53,754 nucleotides of DNA from Campylobacterota bacterium (lineage in GTDB: Bacteria; Campylobacterota; Campylobacteria; Campylobacterales; Arcobacteraceae), in the NCBI GenBank assembly GCA_034723795.1, contig JAYEPG010000214.1, forward strand, positions 1 through 53,754, written 5' to 3'. A program made the position numbers and the translations under genes. This document shows positions 7,584 through 18,882 of the stretch, in pieces; the first letter of the stretch is position 1, and each line of letters begins with the position of its first letter. Below the pieces are notes generated by a model that had not been told where the DNA came from, did no database searches, and worked only from the letters and a program-made list of their open reading frames with translations.

Positions 7584-9791
7584 TTAACTATAGTTAAATA
7601 CAAACTCATCTTTTTTAAAGTCTATTTTAACTTCTCCACCATTTTTTAAGTTACCAAATAAAATTTCATCTGTAAGTGGTGTTTTTATATGTGTCGTTAT
7701 AACTCTTTGAAGTGGTCGTGCACCCATAAGTTTGTCATATCCAAGTTTTGCTAACTCTTTTTTAGCTTTTAAAGTTAAAGTGATCTTGATATTTTTATCT
7801 GCTAAACTTAACTCTAAATCTTTTATAAACTTTGTTACAATTTTTATTAAAATTGGTTCAGTAAGTTGAGTGAATTTTACAGTTGCATCAAGTCTATTTC
7901 TAAACTCTGGTGCAAAGAATTTTTTTACTGCTTTATCTTCATTTGCAGAATCATCTTTTTCAAATCCCATAACGTTTGTTTGAGTAGCACCTAGATTTGA
8001 AGTCATTATTAGTATAACATTTTGGAAGTCTGCTTTTGTACCGTTGTTATCTGTTAAAGTTGCATTGTCCATAACTTGAAGTAATAGACTCATTAAATCA
8101 GGATGTGCTTTTTCAATCTCATCAAGTAATAAAACTGTATGAGGATGCTTTTTAATAGCTTCTGTTAAAAGTCCACCTTTTTCATATCCTACATATCCAG
8201 CTGGTGCTCCAATAAGACGACTAACAGTATGAGCTTCACCATATTCACTCATATCAAATCTTTCAAAGTGTACACCCATAACATGAGCTAACTCTTTTGC
8301 TACTTCTGTTTTACCAACACCAGTACTACCTGTAAAAAGGAAACTTCCTACTGGTTTGTCATTTTCACCCATACCTGCACGGTTTATTTTTATAGCTTTT
8401 ACTATAGTTTCAATTGCACTATCTTGACCAAATACCCTTTTTTGAAGATTCTTTTCAAGTGATTTAAGTAGTGATATATCTGATTTAGTTGCTGTTTTTG
8501 CTGGTATATTTGCAATAGATGCGATTGTATTTTCTACATCTGTTGCTGTGATATTTACGGCTTTATTAGATTTTGATTTTAGTTTAATTGTTGCAGCAAC
8601 TTCATCTATAACATCTATAGCACTATCAGGTAAAAATCTATCATTTATAAACTTTTTACTTAACTCAACTGCAAGTCTTAAACTATCTTGTGAATATGAA
8701 ACATTATGAAACTCTTCATATTTTGATTTTAATCCATCTAAAATAACAACACAATCTTCAATAGTAGGTTCTTTTATATCAACTTTGGCAAACCTTCTAC
8801 TAAAAGCTTTATCTTTACCAAAATCATTTCTATACTCTTCGTAAGTTGTAGCACCTATTAGTCTTAGTTTTCCTGTTGTTAAAAGTGGTTTTAGAATATT
8901 TGAAGCGTCCATAGTGCTACCACCAACGCTTCCAGCACCTACAACTGTATGTATCTCATCTATAAAAAGAATTGCATTTTTCTTTTTTGTAACCTCTTTT
9001 AGAACACCTTTAAGTTTTTTCTCAAAGTCACCTCTATATTTAGTACCTGCAAGCATTGAACCCATATCTAAAGAGTATATCTTTGCTTTTTGTAAAAACT
9101 CTGGTACTTCACCAGAAGCAATAGCAAGAGCTAGACCCTCAACTATTGCAGTTTTTCCAACACCTGTTTCACCTAGTAAAATTGGGTTGTTCTTTTTTCT
9201 TCTTGCAAGTATCTCTATAACACGACCAACCTCTTTATCTCTACCAATAACAGGATCGATTTTTCCATCGTGTGCAACTGCAACAAGTTCTGTACTATTT
9301 GAAGATAAAGGACTTTCCTCAGCTTTTTTCTTTTTTTTAGTCTCTTCAACCTCTATATTACTACTGCCATGACTTATCTCTTCAAGTATATCTACTCTTT
9401 CTAAACCTTGTTGATGTAATAGATGTGTACAGTAAGCTTGTTCATCTTTTAGTATATAAACAAACATATCCTCTACAGTTGATTCACCTTTTCCTGAAAG
9501 TTGACTATGTGATACCATTTGTTCAATTGTATTTGTAAGTGTTATACTCTCTATTGGATCTTCATTTTCTAACTCTTTTGGATATTTTGGTGTGTTTTTT
9601 AATATATATGATTTAAGTTTATCATATACTAAATCAATATCCATTTGCATCTCATTAAGTAATGAGATAATAGACTTCTCTTTTAATAAGTATACAAATA
9701 TATGTTCTACGGTTATATACTCATGTTTATTTGCTCTAGCATAGTTTACTGCATGACCAAATATTCTTTGTAGTGCTTCACTAATCATCAT
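7584..9791 (-). CDS. clpA: ATP-dependent Clp protease ATP-binding subunit ClpA
   Basis: Clp N domain, two AAA modules (GETGVGKT, GSTGVGKT), no M domain, downstream of clpS. Confidence 0.97.
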   Translation of the reverse strand: MMISEALQRIFGHAVNYARANKHEYITVEHIFVYLLKEKSIISLLNEMQMDIDLVYDKLKSYILKNTPKYPKELENEDPIESITLTNTIEQMVSHSQLSGKGESTVEDMFVYILKDEQAYCTHLLHQQGLERVDILEEISHGSSNIEVEETKKKKKAEESPLSSNSTELVAVAHDGKIDPVIGRDKEVGRVIEILARRKKNNPILLGETGVGKTAIVEGLALAIASGEVPEFLQKAKIYSLDMGSMLAGTKYRGDFEKKLKGVLKEVTKKKNAILFIDEIHTVVGAGSVGGSTMDASNILKPLLTTGKLRLIGATTYEEYRNDFGKDKAFSRRFAKVDIKEPTIEDCVVILDGLKSKYEEFHNVSYSQDSLRLAVELSKKFINDRFLPDSAIDVIDEVAATIKLKSKSNKAVNITATDVENTIASIANIPAKTATKSDISLLKSLEKNLQKRVFGQDSAIETIVKAIKINRAGMGENDKPVGSFLFTGSTGVGKTEVAKELAHVMGVHFERFDMSEYGEAHTVSRLIGAPAGYVGYEKGGLLTEAIKKHPHTVLLLDEIEKAHPDLMSLLLQVMDNATLTDNNGTKADFQNVILIMTSNLGATQTNVMGFEKDDSANEDKAVKKFFAPEFRNRLDATVKFTQLTEPILIKIVTKFIKDLELSLADKNIKITLTLKAKKELAKLGYDKLMGARPLQRVITTHIKTPLTDEILFGNLKNGGEVKIDFKKDEFVFNYS

Positions 9792-9795
9792 AGTT

Positions 9796-10092
9796 TTATT
9801 CTTCTTCCGCTATCGCTTTAAGTGGAAAACCTGCTTTTCTTCCCATAGTTTTTATCTGTGCTATTTTTGTAAAAGCTATTTCATGAGTATATACCCCACA
9901 AACAGCTTTTCCATTATTGTGAATATCAAGCATTATTCTTTCTGATTCATCAACAGATTTTCTAAATATTTTTACTAATACCTCTATAACAAAATCCATA
10001 GTTGAAAAATCATCATTTAGTAGTAGTACTTTATACTTCTTTGGTTCTTCTAAATCTAAATCTTCATCTAATTCATGTTGATAACTTGCCAA
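9796..10092 (-). CDS. clpS: Clp protease adaptor ClpS
   Basis: YKVLLLNDDFSTMDFV, GFPLKA; TTG start. Confidence 0.97.
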   Translation of the reverse strand: MASYQHELDEDLDLEEPKKYKVLLLNDDFSTMDFVIEVLVKIFRKSVDESERIMLDIHNNGKAVCGVYTHEIAFTKIAQIKTMGRKAGFPLKAIAEEE

Positions 10093-10101
10093 TTTATATC
10101 C

Positions 10102-11799
10102 TTAGAATAGGTCTGTTCGAAGCATTGCACCATTAGATGCATTTGTTACTAATGCTCTATATTGTTTAAGCCAAGAAGATTTTATCTCTTTTTTAATAGG
10201 TGTAAAATCATCTCTTCTTTGTGCAATCTCTTCAAATGTTAAATCAACAGATAAAATATATTTATCAACATCAATATGGATAGAATCTCCATCTTCAAGA
10301 AGTCCTATCATACCACCTTCTGCAGCTTCAGGAGAAACATGACCAATAGAAGCACCTCTAGTTGCTCCACTAAATCTACCATCTGTAATAAGTGCTACAG
10401 AATCACCAAGTCCCATACCCATAATAAGTGATGTAGGTGCTAGCATCTCTTGCATACCTGGTCCACCTTTAGGACCTTCATATCTAATAACTACAACATT
10501 ACCAGCTTTTACTTTATGATCTAAGATTCCAGCTATTGCTTCATCTTGAGAGTTAAAACATACAGCAGTTCCTGTAAATACTCGTTCCCCTGTAATACCA
10601 GCAGTTTTAATAACAGCACCCTCTTTGGCAAGGTTACCATATAAAATAGCAAGACCACCCACTTCATTATATGGATTATCAATAGTATGGATAATATTTG
10701 TATCAACAATTTCAGCGTTAGCAATTCTTTCTTTTAGTGTTTCACCTGTAATTGTAAGGTTATCTATAAGAACTCCATTTTCACCACGCTTATCCATCTC
10801 GTGCATAACTGCATTTACTCCACCAGCTTTATCTATATCTTGCATATGAATAGTTGTTAAACTTGGAGATATTTTAGCAATATGTGAAACATTTTTAGAG
10901 ATTTTATTAATATCTTCTAGGTTGAAGTTTGCTTTTGTTTCTCTAGCAATTGCTAACATATGAAGTACAGTATTAGATGAACCACCCATAGCCATATCAA
11001 CAGCAAAAGCATTTCTAACTGCATTTTCATTTAAGATATTTGTCATATTGAACTTAGCTTTCTCTTCATGTTCCATCTTAGCAATTTCACAAACTCTTCT
11101 AGCTGCTTTTCTATATAACTCTTCTCTCTCTTTTGTAAGTGCAAGAATTGTTCCATTTCCAGGAAGTGCAATACCCATTGCTTCCATAAGTGTATTCATA
11201 GAGTTTGCTGTAAACATACCAGAACAAGACCCACCACTTGGACAAGCGTTACATTCTATATCTGTAAGTTGCTCTTCTGTTATCTCACCAGCTTCAAACT
11301 TACCAACAGCTTCAAATGCAGTTGCCAAATCAATAGGTGTACCATCTTTTGTGTACCCTTTTGCCATAGGACCGCCACTTACAAATACAGTTGGAACATC
11401 AACTCTAATAGCACCCATAATCATACCTGGTACAATTTTATCACAGTTTGGAATAGCTATCATTGCATCTAGTTTATGTGCATTCATAACTGTTTCAATT
11501 GAGTTTGCAATTATTTCTCTTGAAGGAAGTGAAAATAACATACCATCATGACCCATAGCAATACCATCATCAACTCCAATAGTATTAAACTCAAAAGGTA
11601 CACATCCAGCTTTTTTAATCTCATCTTTAATAATATCCGCAACTTTATCTAAAAAGAAATGTCCTGGAATAATCTCAATAAAAGAGTTTGCAACTCCAAT
11701 AAATGGTTTGTTAAAATCATCATCTTGTAATCCTGTAGCTCTTAAGAGCGACCTATGCGGCGCTCTATCATGACCTTTTTTTACTTCATCACTTCTCAT
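10102..11799 (-). CDS. ilvD: Dihydroxy-acid dehydratase
   Basis: [47 protein letters not shown]. Confidence 0.99.
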   Translation of the reverse strand: MRSDEVKKGHDRAPHRSLLRATGLQDDDFNKPFIGVANSFIEIIPGHFFLDKVADIIKDEIKKAGCVPFEFNTIGVDDGIAMGHDGMLFSLPSREIIANSIETVMNAHKLDAMIAIPNCDKIVPGMIMGAIRVDVPTVFVSGGPMAKGYTKDGTPIDLATAFEAVGKFEAGEITEEQLTDIECNACPSGGSCSGMFTANSMNTLMEAMGIALPGNGTILALTKEREELYRKAARRVCEIAKMEHEEKAKFNMTNILNENAVRNAFAVDMAMGGSSNTVLHMLAIARETKANFNLEDINKISKNVSHIAKISPSLTTIHMQDIDKAGGVNAVMHEMDKRGENGVLIDNLTITGETLKERIANAEIVDTNIIHTIDNPYNEVGGLAILYGNLAKEGAVIKTAGITGERVFTGTAVCFNSQDEAIAGILDHKVKAGNVVVIRYEGPKGGPGMQEMLAPTSLIMGMGLGDSVALITDGRFSGATRGASIGHVSPEAAEGGMIGLLEDGDSIHIDVDKYILSVDLTFEEIAQRRDDFTPIKKEIKSSWLKQYRALVTNASNGAMLRTDLF

Positions 11800-11891
11800 A
11801 AAATATCCTTGTTTCTCTTCTATATATTATTCTTATTAAATATATAAAAAAGTTAATTTTTAAAATTATACCAAAAATTGCTAAAAAACAC

Positions 11892-11926
11892 TTGACAATT
11901 AAATAAAAGATGGCTATAATTCGCCC
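11892..11926 (+). promoter_or_regulatory. Consensus sigma70 promoter of the tRNA operon with GC-rich discriminator
   Basis: TTGACA (11892-11897), 17 nt, TATAAT (11915-11920), then TCGCCC. Confidence 0.85.
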
Positions 11927-11989
11927 ACTAAATAAGAGATGGCATTTTTATTTACATATACCTTTAGTTTTTAAAGACTAAAAATGCAT

Positions 11990-12076
11990 GCGAGTGTGGC
12001 GGAATAGGTAGACGCGTTGGACTTAAAATCCAATTCCGGTTTCGGAGTGTCGGTTCAATTCCGACCATTCGCACCA
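11990..12076 (+). tRNA. tRNA-Leu (TAA), copy 1
   Basis: Acceptor GCGAGTG/CATTCGC, anticodon arm TTGGA-CTTAAAA-TCCAA, long variable arm, A73-CCA. Confidence 0.97.
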
Positions 12077-12108
12077 CTATAAAAAGTGAATTTTAAACAA
12101 TTATAGAT

Positions 12109-12197
12109 AGAGAGTTGACAGAGTTGGTCGAACGTACCGGTTTTGAAAACCGGCGAGGGTCATACCTCCGGGGGTTCGAATCCCCCACTCTCTGCCA
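12109..12197 (+). tRNA. tRNA-Ser (TGA), copy 1
   Basis: Acceptor AGAGAGT/ACTCTCT, anticodon arm CCGGT-TTTGAAA-ACCGG, long variable arm, G73-CCA. Confidence 0.97.
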
Positions 12198-12269
12198 CTG
12201 TTTAAAATTTATTACATTACAAATATAATGATACAAAGAATACCTTTAACTTTAAAAGTTAAAAAACAT

Positions 12270-12356
12270 GCGAGTGTGGCGGAATAGGTAGACGCGTTGG
12301 ACTTAAAATCCAATTCCGGTTTCGGAGTGTCGGTTCAATTCCGACCATTCGCACCA
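12270..12356 (+). tRNA. tRNA-Leu (TAA), copy 2
   Basis: Identical by eye to 11990-12076. Confidence 0.97.
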
Positions 12357-12448
12357 CTAATAATCCATTTAAAAAATCATATTTTAGATATAGTTTTTTA
12401 AATATTCATAAAAAGTAGTACATTTGTATTATTATTTTATTCTTAAAT

Positions 12449-12537
12449 AGAGAGTTGACAGAGTTGGTCGAACGTACCGGTTTTGAAAACCGGCGAGGGT
12501 CATACCTCCGGGGGTTCGAATCCCCCACTCTCTGCCA
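12449..12537 (+). tRNA. tRNA-Ser (TGA), copy 2
   Basis: Identical by eye to 12109-12197. Confidence 0.97.
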
Positions 12538-12565
12538 CTATACAAGCAATCAATCAGGTTATAAT

Positions 12566-15468
12566 ATGATAAAAATATCAAAATCAATTGCAATCATATG
12601 TTTTATATTTATTAATGTTTTATTTGCAAAGAACTTAGATTCTATAGAAAAAGTATCACTTCAACTTCATTGGAAATATCAGTTTCAATTTGCAGGTTTT
12701 ATAGCTGCAAAAGAGAAAGGTTTTTATAAAGATCAACCTTACAAATTTGATTCAAAAAATGTCAAAATATAATATAATAAATCCAACTGATTATGGAATA
12801 TATAATCTGCAATTAGAACTTTTTACATCAAAAGATGAAGTTTTAAAACATCCAAACAGAACAAAGTCTTTTGTGGATGCAATTATTAAAGGGTGGGAAT
12901 ATGCACTTCAAAATACTGATGAAATTATAGATATAATATATAAAAAATATTCAAAAAATATCCCAAAAGAAAGTTTAAAATATGAAGCCGAGATAACCAA
13001 AAGATTGATTTTACCAAATATTTATAGAATAGGTTCATTCGATAAAAACTTTTTAAATAGACAGTTAGATATATTTAAAAATAATTATGAAATTAAAAAT
13101 GATAAAGCTTTAGAAGATTTTTTATATCTTAATAAAAATAAACAAACTAGTATTAGTTTAACACCTCAAGAAAAACAATACCTTAAGAAATATCCTGTTT
13201 TAAAAGTACATAATGAAATAAATTGCCACCTTTTAATTTTAATGAAAATGGTATAGCCAAAGGTTACAGCATAGATTATATGAATCTGTTAGCTTCAAAG
13301 TTAGATATAAAAGTTGAGTATATTAGTGGTTATAGCTGGAGTGAATTTATAGATATACTTCTTACTTCTAAATTAGATTTAATAATAAATATTTCCAAAA
13401 ATAAAGAAAGGGAAAAAACTATTAGTTTCACAGATGTTTTTTTATCTGCTAAAAATGCTATTTATACAAATGTTAAATCTCATGAAATACATACTTTAAA
13501 AGATTTAGAAAATAAAACCATTGCAATGCCAAAAGGTTTTTTTGCACAAAAATTTTTAGAAAAAAATAATCCTAATATAAAGCAGATTTTAGTAAAAGAT
13601 TCACTTGAAGCATTAAAACTATTGTCTTTAGGTAAAGTTGATGCAACTATTGGTAAAAAAGTTGTTCTGGATTATATTATAGAAAATAATATGATTTCAA
13701 ATGTAATAGCTACACAATATATTGAAGATGAAAAACTAATTAGTCATATGAGACTTGGAAGTGATAAAAAAGATAAGATACTTGCAGATATATTAAAAAA
13801 GCACAAAAACTAGTAACCAAAGAAGAGACTAAAAAAATAAAATCAAAATGGTTTGGTGCTAAAATGTCAAACAAAATATCAAATAATCTTGGTTTAACAA
13901 AAGAGGAAGAGCTATATTTAAAAAAGAAAAATAAGATTACAATGTGTGTAGATCCAGATTGGATGCCATTTGAAAAAATTCAAAATGGTGAACATATAGG
14001 ACTTGCAAGTGATTTTGTAAAACTAATTAGTAAGAAAATAAATACTCCAATTAATTTAGTTGAAACTTCATCATGGAGTGAGTCTATAGAAAAAGCAAAA
14101 AACAGAGAGTGTGATATATTTTCTATGGCTTCTATTACTCCTGAAAGAAAAAAATATATGAATTTTACATCACCATACTTATCAACACAAATTGTAATAG
14201 CAACAAAAACAAGTGAAATATACTTAAATGATTTAGATGGTTCATTGGATAAAATATTTGGCGTAGTAAAGGGGTATTCTTTACATGAAACATTAAAAAA
14301 CAATTATCCAAATATAAAACTAGTTGAAGTTGATTCTTTAAATGATGGTTTAGAAAAAGTGCTAGAGGGAAAGATATTTGGATACTTAGATAATTCTATG
14401 GTAATAATGTATGCGATTCAAAAGAAATTTTTAGGAACAGTTAGTATTGTAGGAAAAATCAACAAAGAAATAGAGTATAGAGTTCATACTAGAAATGATG
14501 AAAAAATATTAAATGAGATATTTGAAAAAGCAGTTTTATCTATTACGACAGATGAAAAACAAAAAATTGAAAACAAATGGCTTCGATTTGAATAGGATAT
14601 TTTGATTGATTATACTTTGCTTTGGCAAATGATAGCTTTATTTTTATTAGTTTTATTTATAATTTTATTCTTCTTATTGAAACAGAATAAACTAAAAAAT
14701 AAAATAGAGAATTTAAATCATACTCTTGAAAATAAGGTTAAATTAGCAGTAATAGATATAAAAAATAAAGAAAAAGAGATATTGCATAAAAATAGATTAG
14801 CACAAATGGGTGAAATGATTGGAAATATATCGCACCAATGGAGACAACCACTAGCAGAAATAAACTCTATTATGATGAAGATGGAAATTGATTTTAAAAA
14901 TAGAAAATTGGATAGTGATAGTTTGGATAAGAGTATTGAAAAAGTTGAAGATTTAACAGAGCATATGTCTACTACAATTGATAGTTTTAATAATTTTTTT
15001 AAAAATGATAAGAAAAAAACTAAATTTATAATATCTGATTCTATAAGACAAGTATTGCGATTATTTGAAAATAATACTAAAAAATATTCTATAGATATTA
15101 ATTTAGAAATTATTGATGATATAGAGATAAATAGTTTTCAAAGTGAGTTTATTCAAGTAATCATAGTAATAATACAAAATGCAAAGGATGTACTTATTGC
15201 TAACAATATTAAAAATCCAACTATAAAAATTGTAATAGAAAAAATTGAGAATAATATAATAATCCGTATTTTAGATAACGGCGGAGGTATACCGGAAGAG
15301 ATTATTGATAAAATATTTGATCCATATTTTACAACAAAATTTAAATCTAAAGGTATAGGTATAGGTTTATATATGGCAAAGATTATTATAGAAAAAAGTA
15401 TGAATGGTAGTTTAAAAGTAAGAAATAAAGAAAATAAAGCGGAGTTTAGTATAACTTTACTAGTATAA
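12566..15468 (+). pseudogene. Disrupted sensor histidine kinase (NMT1/THI5-like + two family-3 periplasmic binding domains + TM + HisKA/HATPase)
   Basis: Five ORF fragments: signal peptide and LQLHWKYQFQFAGF; PPFNF and DPDWMPFE binding domains; ISHQWRQPL, DNGGGIP, FTTK kinase. Lesions are an internal deletion/frameshift near 12735, -1 frameshifts near 13224 and at 13795-13800, and an in-frame TAG at 14593-14595. Confidence 0.85.
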
Positions 15469-15525
15469 TAGTAATTTAATATTTTGTTTGTAAACTTATA
15501 ACATATCCTGATTAAAACAGGAGTA

Positions 15526-15561
15526 AAATCAAATGGTTAAATAGATTTAACCATTTGATTT
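15526..15561. terminator. Perfect 16-bp hairpin between convergent genes
   Basis: AAATCAAATGGTTAAA-TAGA-TTTAACCATTTGATTT. Confidence 0.75.
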
Positions 15562-15568
15562 AAACTAA

Positions 15569-16009
15569 CTAAAAAGTGATGTTTTGGTAATCTTTATTTA
15601 AAAGTTTTCCAGCAACAACTGGTGGTTTTGCTACAGTTATACCATCAAGTAAAACTGACTTGTCTTTTCCAGAATTTGGTAAATATAATGGACAAACTTC
15701 AACAGTAGCTCCCATTTTTAATAACATTTGTAAATGTTTTTTTGCACTTGGTGCTTTGCCATCAGGTCTTTTTGTTGGTGTACCTTTGATATTTTTATCA
15801 GCTAAATCTCCAGCTTTTCCACATAAAACTATACTTACCTCTTTTTTATGTTTTTTAATTGTCATAAGAGATAAAACCATAGCCATTGCTTGAGTTTGAG
15901 AATTACCAGAGTTTACTAATACATTTAAACCTTTTGCTTGTTGTGCAGATGCAAGAGTTGGTAATAAAAGTGCAGTTGCTAATGCTAATTTTGAAATTGT
16001 TTTCTTCAT
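15569..16009 (-). CDS. Exported DsrE/DsrF-like protein
   Basis: Signal peptide ending ASA; IVLCGKAGDLA and GATVEVCPLYLPN match DsrE-fold patterns. Confidence 0.75.
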   Translation of the reverse strand: MKKTISKLALATALLLPTLASAQQAKGLNVLVNSGNSQTQAMAMVLSLMTIKKHKKEVSIVLCGKAGDLADKNIKGTPTKRPDGKAPSAKKHLQMLLKMGATVEVCPLYLPNSGKDKSVLLDGITVAKPPVVAGKLLNKDYQNITF

Positions 16010-16103
16010 TTTGTTCCTTAATATTAAATTTAATTGTTATTTTATCTTTTAAAACATAAATTTTACTTAATTTAAAAATTAGTTTTTATAATGTAAAATA
16101 ATA

Positions 16104-17198
16104 TTAAATTATTTTATTTGTAGAGACTTTAAAATTTAAAATACTTAAGAATGCTATAAAAGCAAATACAGATGAGAATAAGAATAGATACTCTCCATAT
16201 GTCCAACCAGATATTATTGCACCTGCAAATCCACCTAAACCATAAGCAACACCAAGCATAAATTGTTGGGCGAGTTTTTTATTTGAGTATAGTTTATATA
16301 GATACAATACAACTGCTGTATGGTAAAGACCAAAACTAAATGCATGTATACTTTGTGTTATAAAAGATATAGTTATAGACTCAGGGAATAGAAATAATAA
16401 AAACCATCTAAGAGCAGTTATTAAAATAGAAAATTTTATAATATTAAGAAGATTATTTTGTAGTAAAGGTGCTTGATAATAAAGCATCGCAATTTCACAA
16501 ATTACACCAAATGCCCATAAATAACTAATAACCTCTAAGCTTATTCCATATGATGATTCATAAATAGTAAAGAAGTTATAAAAACCACCAAAACTAACTT
16601 GCATCATAAATAAGCTTAACCAAAATGGCCAATACTTAAGAAGTGAAAATTTTTCATCCTCTTTTTCTTGTGTATATGGTTCATCATCATATTTAAGTAA
16701 ACTAAATGCAAATACAGCTGTAAATATAGTAGCAACCAAATAGTAGTGAAGTGCTATTTGGGGAACACTTAAGAACTTTGCAAGAACTAAACCAACTAGC
16801 ATAAAACCAATAGAACCGTATAGTCTAGACTTTCCATAACTATTTTTTAACTCTTTTATTGCTATTAATTCTATATATGGAAGTAGTAAACTAAGACAAA
16901 CACCTAAAATAGCGTTGTTTATCATAAATAGGTAAAAGTTATTTATTGTTACATAAAATAAAGCTGAAGATATTACGGATAGTACTAGTATCGATTTAAA
17001 TAATTTTTGGTCTAATTCAATATGTTTTAAAAATAAAAATGGTGTAAGAAACCTCATAAGAGGAGCAAGTGCTAAAACGATACCAATATCAGTAGCACTA
17101 TATCCAATATCGTTTAAAACTTTAGGAAGAAATATTACATATACTCCAACTGCTGCAAAATAGAAAAAGTAAAATGCAGAAAGTTTAAAAAATAACAT
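16104..17198 (-). CDS. MFS transporter (HcaT/PPP-like)
   Basis: About 12 TM segments; FYFFYFAAVGVYVIFLP, YGKSRLYGSIGF. Confidence 0.9.
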   Translation of the reverse strand: MLFFKLSAFYFFYFAAVGVYVIFLPKVLNDIGYSATDIGIVLALAPLMRFLTPFLFLKHIELDQKLFKSILVLSVISSALFYVTINNFYLFMINNAILGVCLSLLLPYIELIAIKELKNSYGKSRLYGSIGFMLVGLVLAKFLSVPQIALHYYLVATIFTAVFAFSLLKYDDEPYTQEKEDEKFSLLKYWPFWLSLFMMQVSFGGFYNFFTIYESSYGISLEVISYLWAFGVICEIAMLYYQAPLLQNNLLNIIKFSILITALRWFLLFLFPESITISFITQSIHAFSFGLYHTAVVLYLYKLYSNKKLAQQFMLGVAYGLGGFAGAIISGWTYGEYLFLFSSVFAFIAFLSILNFKVSTNKII

Positions 17199-17217
17199 TC
17201 TTAAGTGTTATAAATTG

Positions 17218-17700
17218 TTATGAAATACGTACTACCGATGTTTGCATAAGTACATCTTGTAGTGTTTTTTTATCTTTTCTAAAAAATGGTAAAATAGAAC
17301 CCACTAGTGTAACAGCACTAATAATAAACATAAAATATCTAGCAGTAGCAAGTCCAAACCCTAGAGGTTTTTTTGTAACATCATCAATAAGTCTTAGATC
17401 ATATGCTTTAAATCCTGGAGTTTGACCTGTTCGTACCCAGAATATTATAGTGATTAGACCATATACACCCATAGTTACCCAGTGAGCATTATCACTTGTT
17501 TTAAATGAATCTGCTCCATCCATAATAACATAAGTGGTGATATACATAATTGGCATCATAATCATAAACATATCAGTGATAAAAGCTTTTATTCTATAAA
17601 GTGGAGATGCACTTATTAAATAAGTATTATTCGTAGAAACCTTATCTTGCTTCTTTTTAGGTGCTACTTTACCTTTTTTGGTATCTCTCCATCTTGCCAT
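17218..17700 (-). CDS. RDD family membrane protein
   Basis: RIKAFITD, GQTPG, TLQD motifs. Confidence 0.9.
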   Translation of the reverse strand: MARWRDTKKGKVAPKKKQDKVSTNNTYLISASPLYRIKAFITDMFMIMMPIMYITTYVIMDGADSFKTSDNAHWVTMGVYGLITIIFWVRTGQTPGFKAYDLRLIDDVTKKPLGFGLATARYFMFIISAVTLVGSILPFFRKDKKTLQDVLMQTSVVRIS

Positions 17701-17706
17701 AATTTA

Positions 17707-18315
17707 TTAGTTTCCACGGCTTCCAGGTTTGTATGCAATTGAACCATCTTTACATAATGGACAATTATCTGGTTCATACATCTCAAATGTAAAATCATCA
17801 AGTGCAAAAAGTTTTGTACCTTTTGGAAGTTTACATTTATCGTTAGCTTCTATATCGCTACTTTCTCTTTGACAGAATCCTCTATTTGCTAAAGCAGCAA
17901 ATGCAACGATTTCTCCACCATCTTTTTCAACTTGAGCAGCAGCTTCTAAAGCAGAACCAGCAGTAGTAATAATATCTTCACAGATAATATACTTCTCACC
18001 CTCTTGTACTTCAAAACCTCTTCTAATACTCATAACACCGTCAACTCTTTCAGCAAAAATAAATCTTACATCTAAAGCAGTTGCTAGTGCAAATCCAGCT
18101 ATAAGTCCTCCTAGTGCAGGTGAACAAACAGCATCAACTTGAATACCGCTTTCTTTTATCTGTTTTGCTAATTCTTCAGCTAGAAGCTTAGCTGTTTTAG
18201 GGTCTTCTAGAACTTTTGCACTTTGTAAATAAAATTGTGAATGGTTACCACTACTTAATTTAAAGTGACCTTCTAATAATGCTGATGAGTCTTTGTATAT
18301 TTGTTCTACATTCAT
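17707..18315 (-). CDS. pyrE: Orotate phosphoribosyltransferase
   Basis: [11 protein letters not shown]; PRPP motif [11 protein letters not shown]. Confidence 0.97.
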   Translation of the reverse strand: MNVEQIYKDSSALLEGHFKLSSGNHSQFYLQSAKVLEDPKTAKLLAEELAKQIKESGIQVDAVCSPALGGLIAGFALATALDVRFIFAERVDGVMSIRRGFEVQEGEKYIICEDIITTAGSALEAAAQVEKDGGEIVAFAALANRGFCQRESSDIEANDKCKLPKGTKLFALDDFTFEMYEPDNCPLCKDGSIAYKPGSRGN

Positions 18316-18324
18316 GCTACTAAC

Positions 18325-18882
18325 CTATATTTTCATTATTTCTGCATCTTTTGCTTTATAAGAATCATCAGCTTTTGCTACATAAACATCAGTGATTTTT
18401 TGAATCTCATCTTGTGCTGCTTTACTTTCATCTTTAGTGATCTCTTTATCTTTTTCAAGTTTTTTTACTTGATCATTTGCTTTTTTTCTAATATTTCTAA
18501 TAGCAACTTTTGAATCATCTGTCATAGTTTTTGCACCTTTTACAGACTCTTTTCTTTGATCTTGTGTCATAGGAGGGAAAAATAGTTGTACTGATTCACC
18601 ATTATTATTTGGATTTACACCAATATTTGCAGCTGCTATTGCTTTTTCAATCTCTGAAACTAAGTGTTTTTCCCAAGGTGAAATATTAATTGTAGTTGCA
18701 TCTGGAGTTGTGATACTTGCTACTTGTGATAAACCTGTTTGTGTTCCATAATAATCAACTGTAATATTATCTAAAATACTTGGTAATACTTTACCAGTTC
18801 TAAGTGTCATATAGTTTCTTTTTAAAGCCTCTAAAGACTCATCCATATTTAACTTTGTGTCATCATAAATTTCATTTAACAT
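18325..18882 (-). CDS. frr: Ribosome recycling factor
   Basis: [27 protein letters not shown]. Confidence 0.98.
   Translation of the reverse strand: MLNEIYDDTKLNMDESLEALKRNYMTLRTGKVLPSILDNITVDYYGTQTGLSQVASITTPDATTINISPWEKHLVSEIEKAIAAANIGVNPNNNGESVQLFFPPMTQDQRKESVKGAKTMTDDSKVAIRNIRKKANDQVKKLEKDKEITKDESKAAQDEIQKITDVYVAKADDSYKAKDAEIMKI

Noticed and set aside
12109-12197. Selenocysteine or suppressor tRNA
   Set aside because: The anticodon is TGA (reads UCA, Ser), not TCA, and the acceptor stem is the normal 7 bp.
11990-12537. Repeated 87-89 nt units as a CRISPR array or prophage att sites
   Set aside because: They are complete tRNA genes; there are no cas genes, integrase or partial 3' tRNA duplicate.
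12455-12565. N-terminal part of ORF 12455-12772
   Set aside because: It is read through tRNA-Ser copy 2; the plausible start is ATG 12566.
14593-14595. In-frame TAG as programmed read-through or recoding
   Set aside because: The same gene has three other lesions, and TAG ends normal genes in this window (e.g. rimM).
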